64,000 nt of DNA, taken from contig OY764265.1 of assembly GCA_963668355.1 (NCBI GenBank), forward strand, positions 2,848,001 to 2,912,000, given 5' to 3'. Within the stretch, counting starts at the first letter, position 1. Every line of letters begins with the position of its first letter. The notes below the pieces were generated by a model, which was not told where the DNA came from, made no database searches, and saw nothing but the letters and a program-made list of their open reading frames with translations. Source of the DNA: Bdellovibrionota bacterium. Its GTDB lineage: Bacteria; Bdellovibrionota_G; JALEGL01; DATDPG01. Below are positions 62,810 through 64,000 of the stretch, in pieces. The position numbers and the translations under genes are program-made.

Positions 62810-63715
62810 CTATTTTTTCTTCAATTCGATTTCGGCAAGCGCACTCAGCTTGAGAACGGCGTTTACATAGTCGTTGGAGTGATTGTAACGATAGACGGCT
62901 CTTTTTTTTCGAGACCAACTCGCGCCTTTCTTCCACCCCATTCGATTTAGATATCTCGCAATGAGTTCGATGGTGTCATCCCAATCCCAAAAATCCATTT
63001 TTGAAATTTTTTGACCTCTTGAAAGCGTTTCCAGGGCCGTGAGCGGCATAAACTGTCCCAGACCAAATGCCCCAGCCCAAGAACCTTTTACCTCATTGGC
63101 CTTCCACTCCAAGTGATGTGCCAATTTCAAGAAAGCTCTCAACTCTTTAAACCATCTTTTTCCCAGCTTCTTTGCTCGCTTTTCCCAGTCAACACGCTCC
63201 CTACCTTCCAGCTTTCGTTCTTCAGCCACCTTCCCTATCCGAGAAGCCACGCCGTGCCCAAAACTGGGAACTTGCAAGGCCGAGATACTCGCCAAGGTAT
63301 CCAACACACGATACTTACCAAAATGTTTTCCATAGGCCGTTTCCACCCACATAATGGCTGCAATCACAGACTGTGCGACTCCAAATTTCACCTCTACATC
63401 ATGAAAACGATTCGCATGTTTTCGAATGAACTTAGCCGTTCTCTGAACTCCCCGACGATCATAAAAATGTGTGTAATCTCCGGGTACCCAGACGATGTTC
63501 AACATCTTGCTTTGCACCACACCGTCCAAATACCTCATTTTTTGAATGTCAAACGGCTTGAGTTCTTCATCCGTCAAACCCGATTTCTTGAGTTCAAAAT
63601 GCAAAAACTGAAAAGCTTCAGGCCAGCGATCTTCCGCTTCAAGATTTCCCTCCGCATAAACTGCAGGCAAGAAAAAGCTCAGAAGCAAACACAATCGGAC
63701 GACAAAGAAAATCAT
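62810..63715 (-). CDS. Lytic murein transglycosylase (MltB/SLT_2 family)
   Basis: IAAIMWVETAYG, GSWAGAFGLGQFMP, YRYNHSNDYV; signal peptide. Confidence 0.92.
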   Translation of the reverse strand: MIFFVVRLCLLLSFFLPAVYAEGNLEAEDRWPEAFQFLHFELKKSGLTDEELKPFDIQKMRYLDGVVQSKMLNIVWVPGDYTHFYDRRGVQRTAKFIRKHANRFHDVEVKFGVAQSVIAAIMWVETAYGKHFGKYRVLDTLASISALQVPSFGHGVASRIGKVAEERKLEGRERVDWEKRAKKLGKRWFKELRAFLKLAHHLEWKANEVKGSWAGAFGLGQFMPLTALETLSRGQKISKMDFWDWDDTIELIARYLNRMGWKKGASWSRKKRAVYRYNHSNDYVNAVLKLSALAEIELKKK

Positions 63716-64000
63716 TCAGGAAGAAAAAGACAGCTTGGGCAGGGGAGGCAAAACACCCTCTGGATTTTGTTTCATGGTTTCAAAAAGAGATTTGGCTTCT
63801 TTCATAAAAGATTTCAAATCGATTCCAAAATGCTGATCTCCATACGATTCCAATAAGTCGAGGCTTTTCTCAAAATTGGACTGCGCTCCTTTTAAGTTAT
63901 TTTCTTGAAGATGATACAAACTCACAGCAAGTTGAGTCAGTCCCCCAAAAAAATTTTTATTTTCGCCTCCGGTCTCCAACCAAACTTCGCTCAGCGTACT
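63716..64000 (-). CDS. DUF309-like protein; 5' end lies outside the window
   Basis: Frame open to the edge: EVWLE...GLTQLAVSLYHLQENNLKGA. Confidence 0.7.
   Translation of the reverse strand, partial: STLSEVWLETGGENKNFFGGLTQLAVSLYHLQENNLKGAQSNFEKSLDLLESYGDQHFGIDLKSFMKEAKSLFETMKQNPEGVLPPLPKLSFSS

Overview
Bacterial chromosomal window. Gene content points to a deltaproteobacterial or Bdellovibrionota/Myxococcota-like lineage; this is an inference, not a phylogeny. It is mostly housekeeping: a CIRCE-controlled fmdB-like/groES/groEL operon, tamB plus an Omp85 gene, lemA/M48/TolC/RND, oppABCDF, udg...queA-tgt-yajC-secDF-recJ and fadIJ. It also carries a signalling block (PocR-like sigma-54 activator, cyclase-STAND-TPR, Ser/Thr kinase-PEGA), an orphan hpnO-like gene and several exported orphan proteins. 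I found no rRNA, tRNA, CRISPR array, transposase or prophage. Four leads stand out. (1) A class III aminotransferase is translationally coupled to a single-chain LuxE-LuxC fusion with both catalytic cysteines and no luxAB/luxD in the window, which suggests an acid->aldehyde->amine pathway. (2) Two promoters about 42 kb apart share base-exact geometry (IHF-like box, 24 nt, sigma-54 -24/-12, 12 nt, start codon without SD), and each drives an exported orphan. (3) One of those orphans is a 995-aa protein with a J-like domain reading SPD instead of HPD. (4) Two large multibranched palindromic elements sit between queA and tgt and between dedA and the hpnO-like gene. All family calls come from motif recognition by eye; no searches were run. 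Several starts were moved from the ORF track using SD, overlap or motif evidence.
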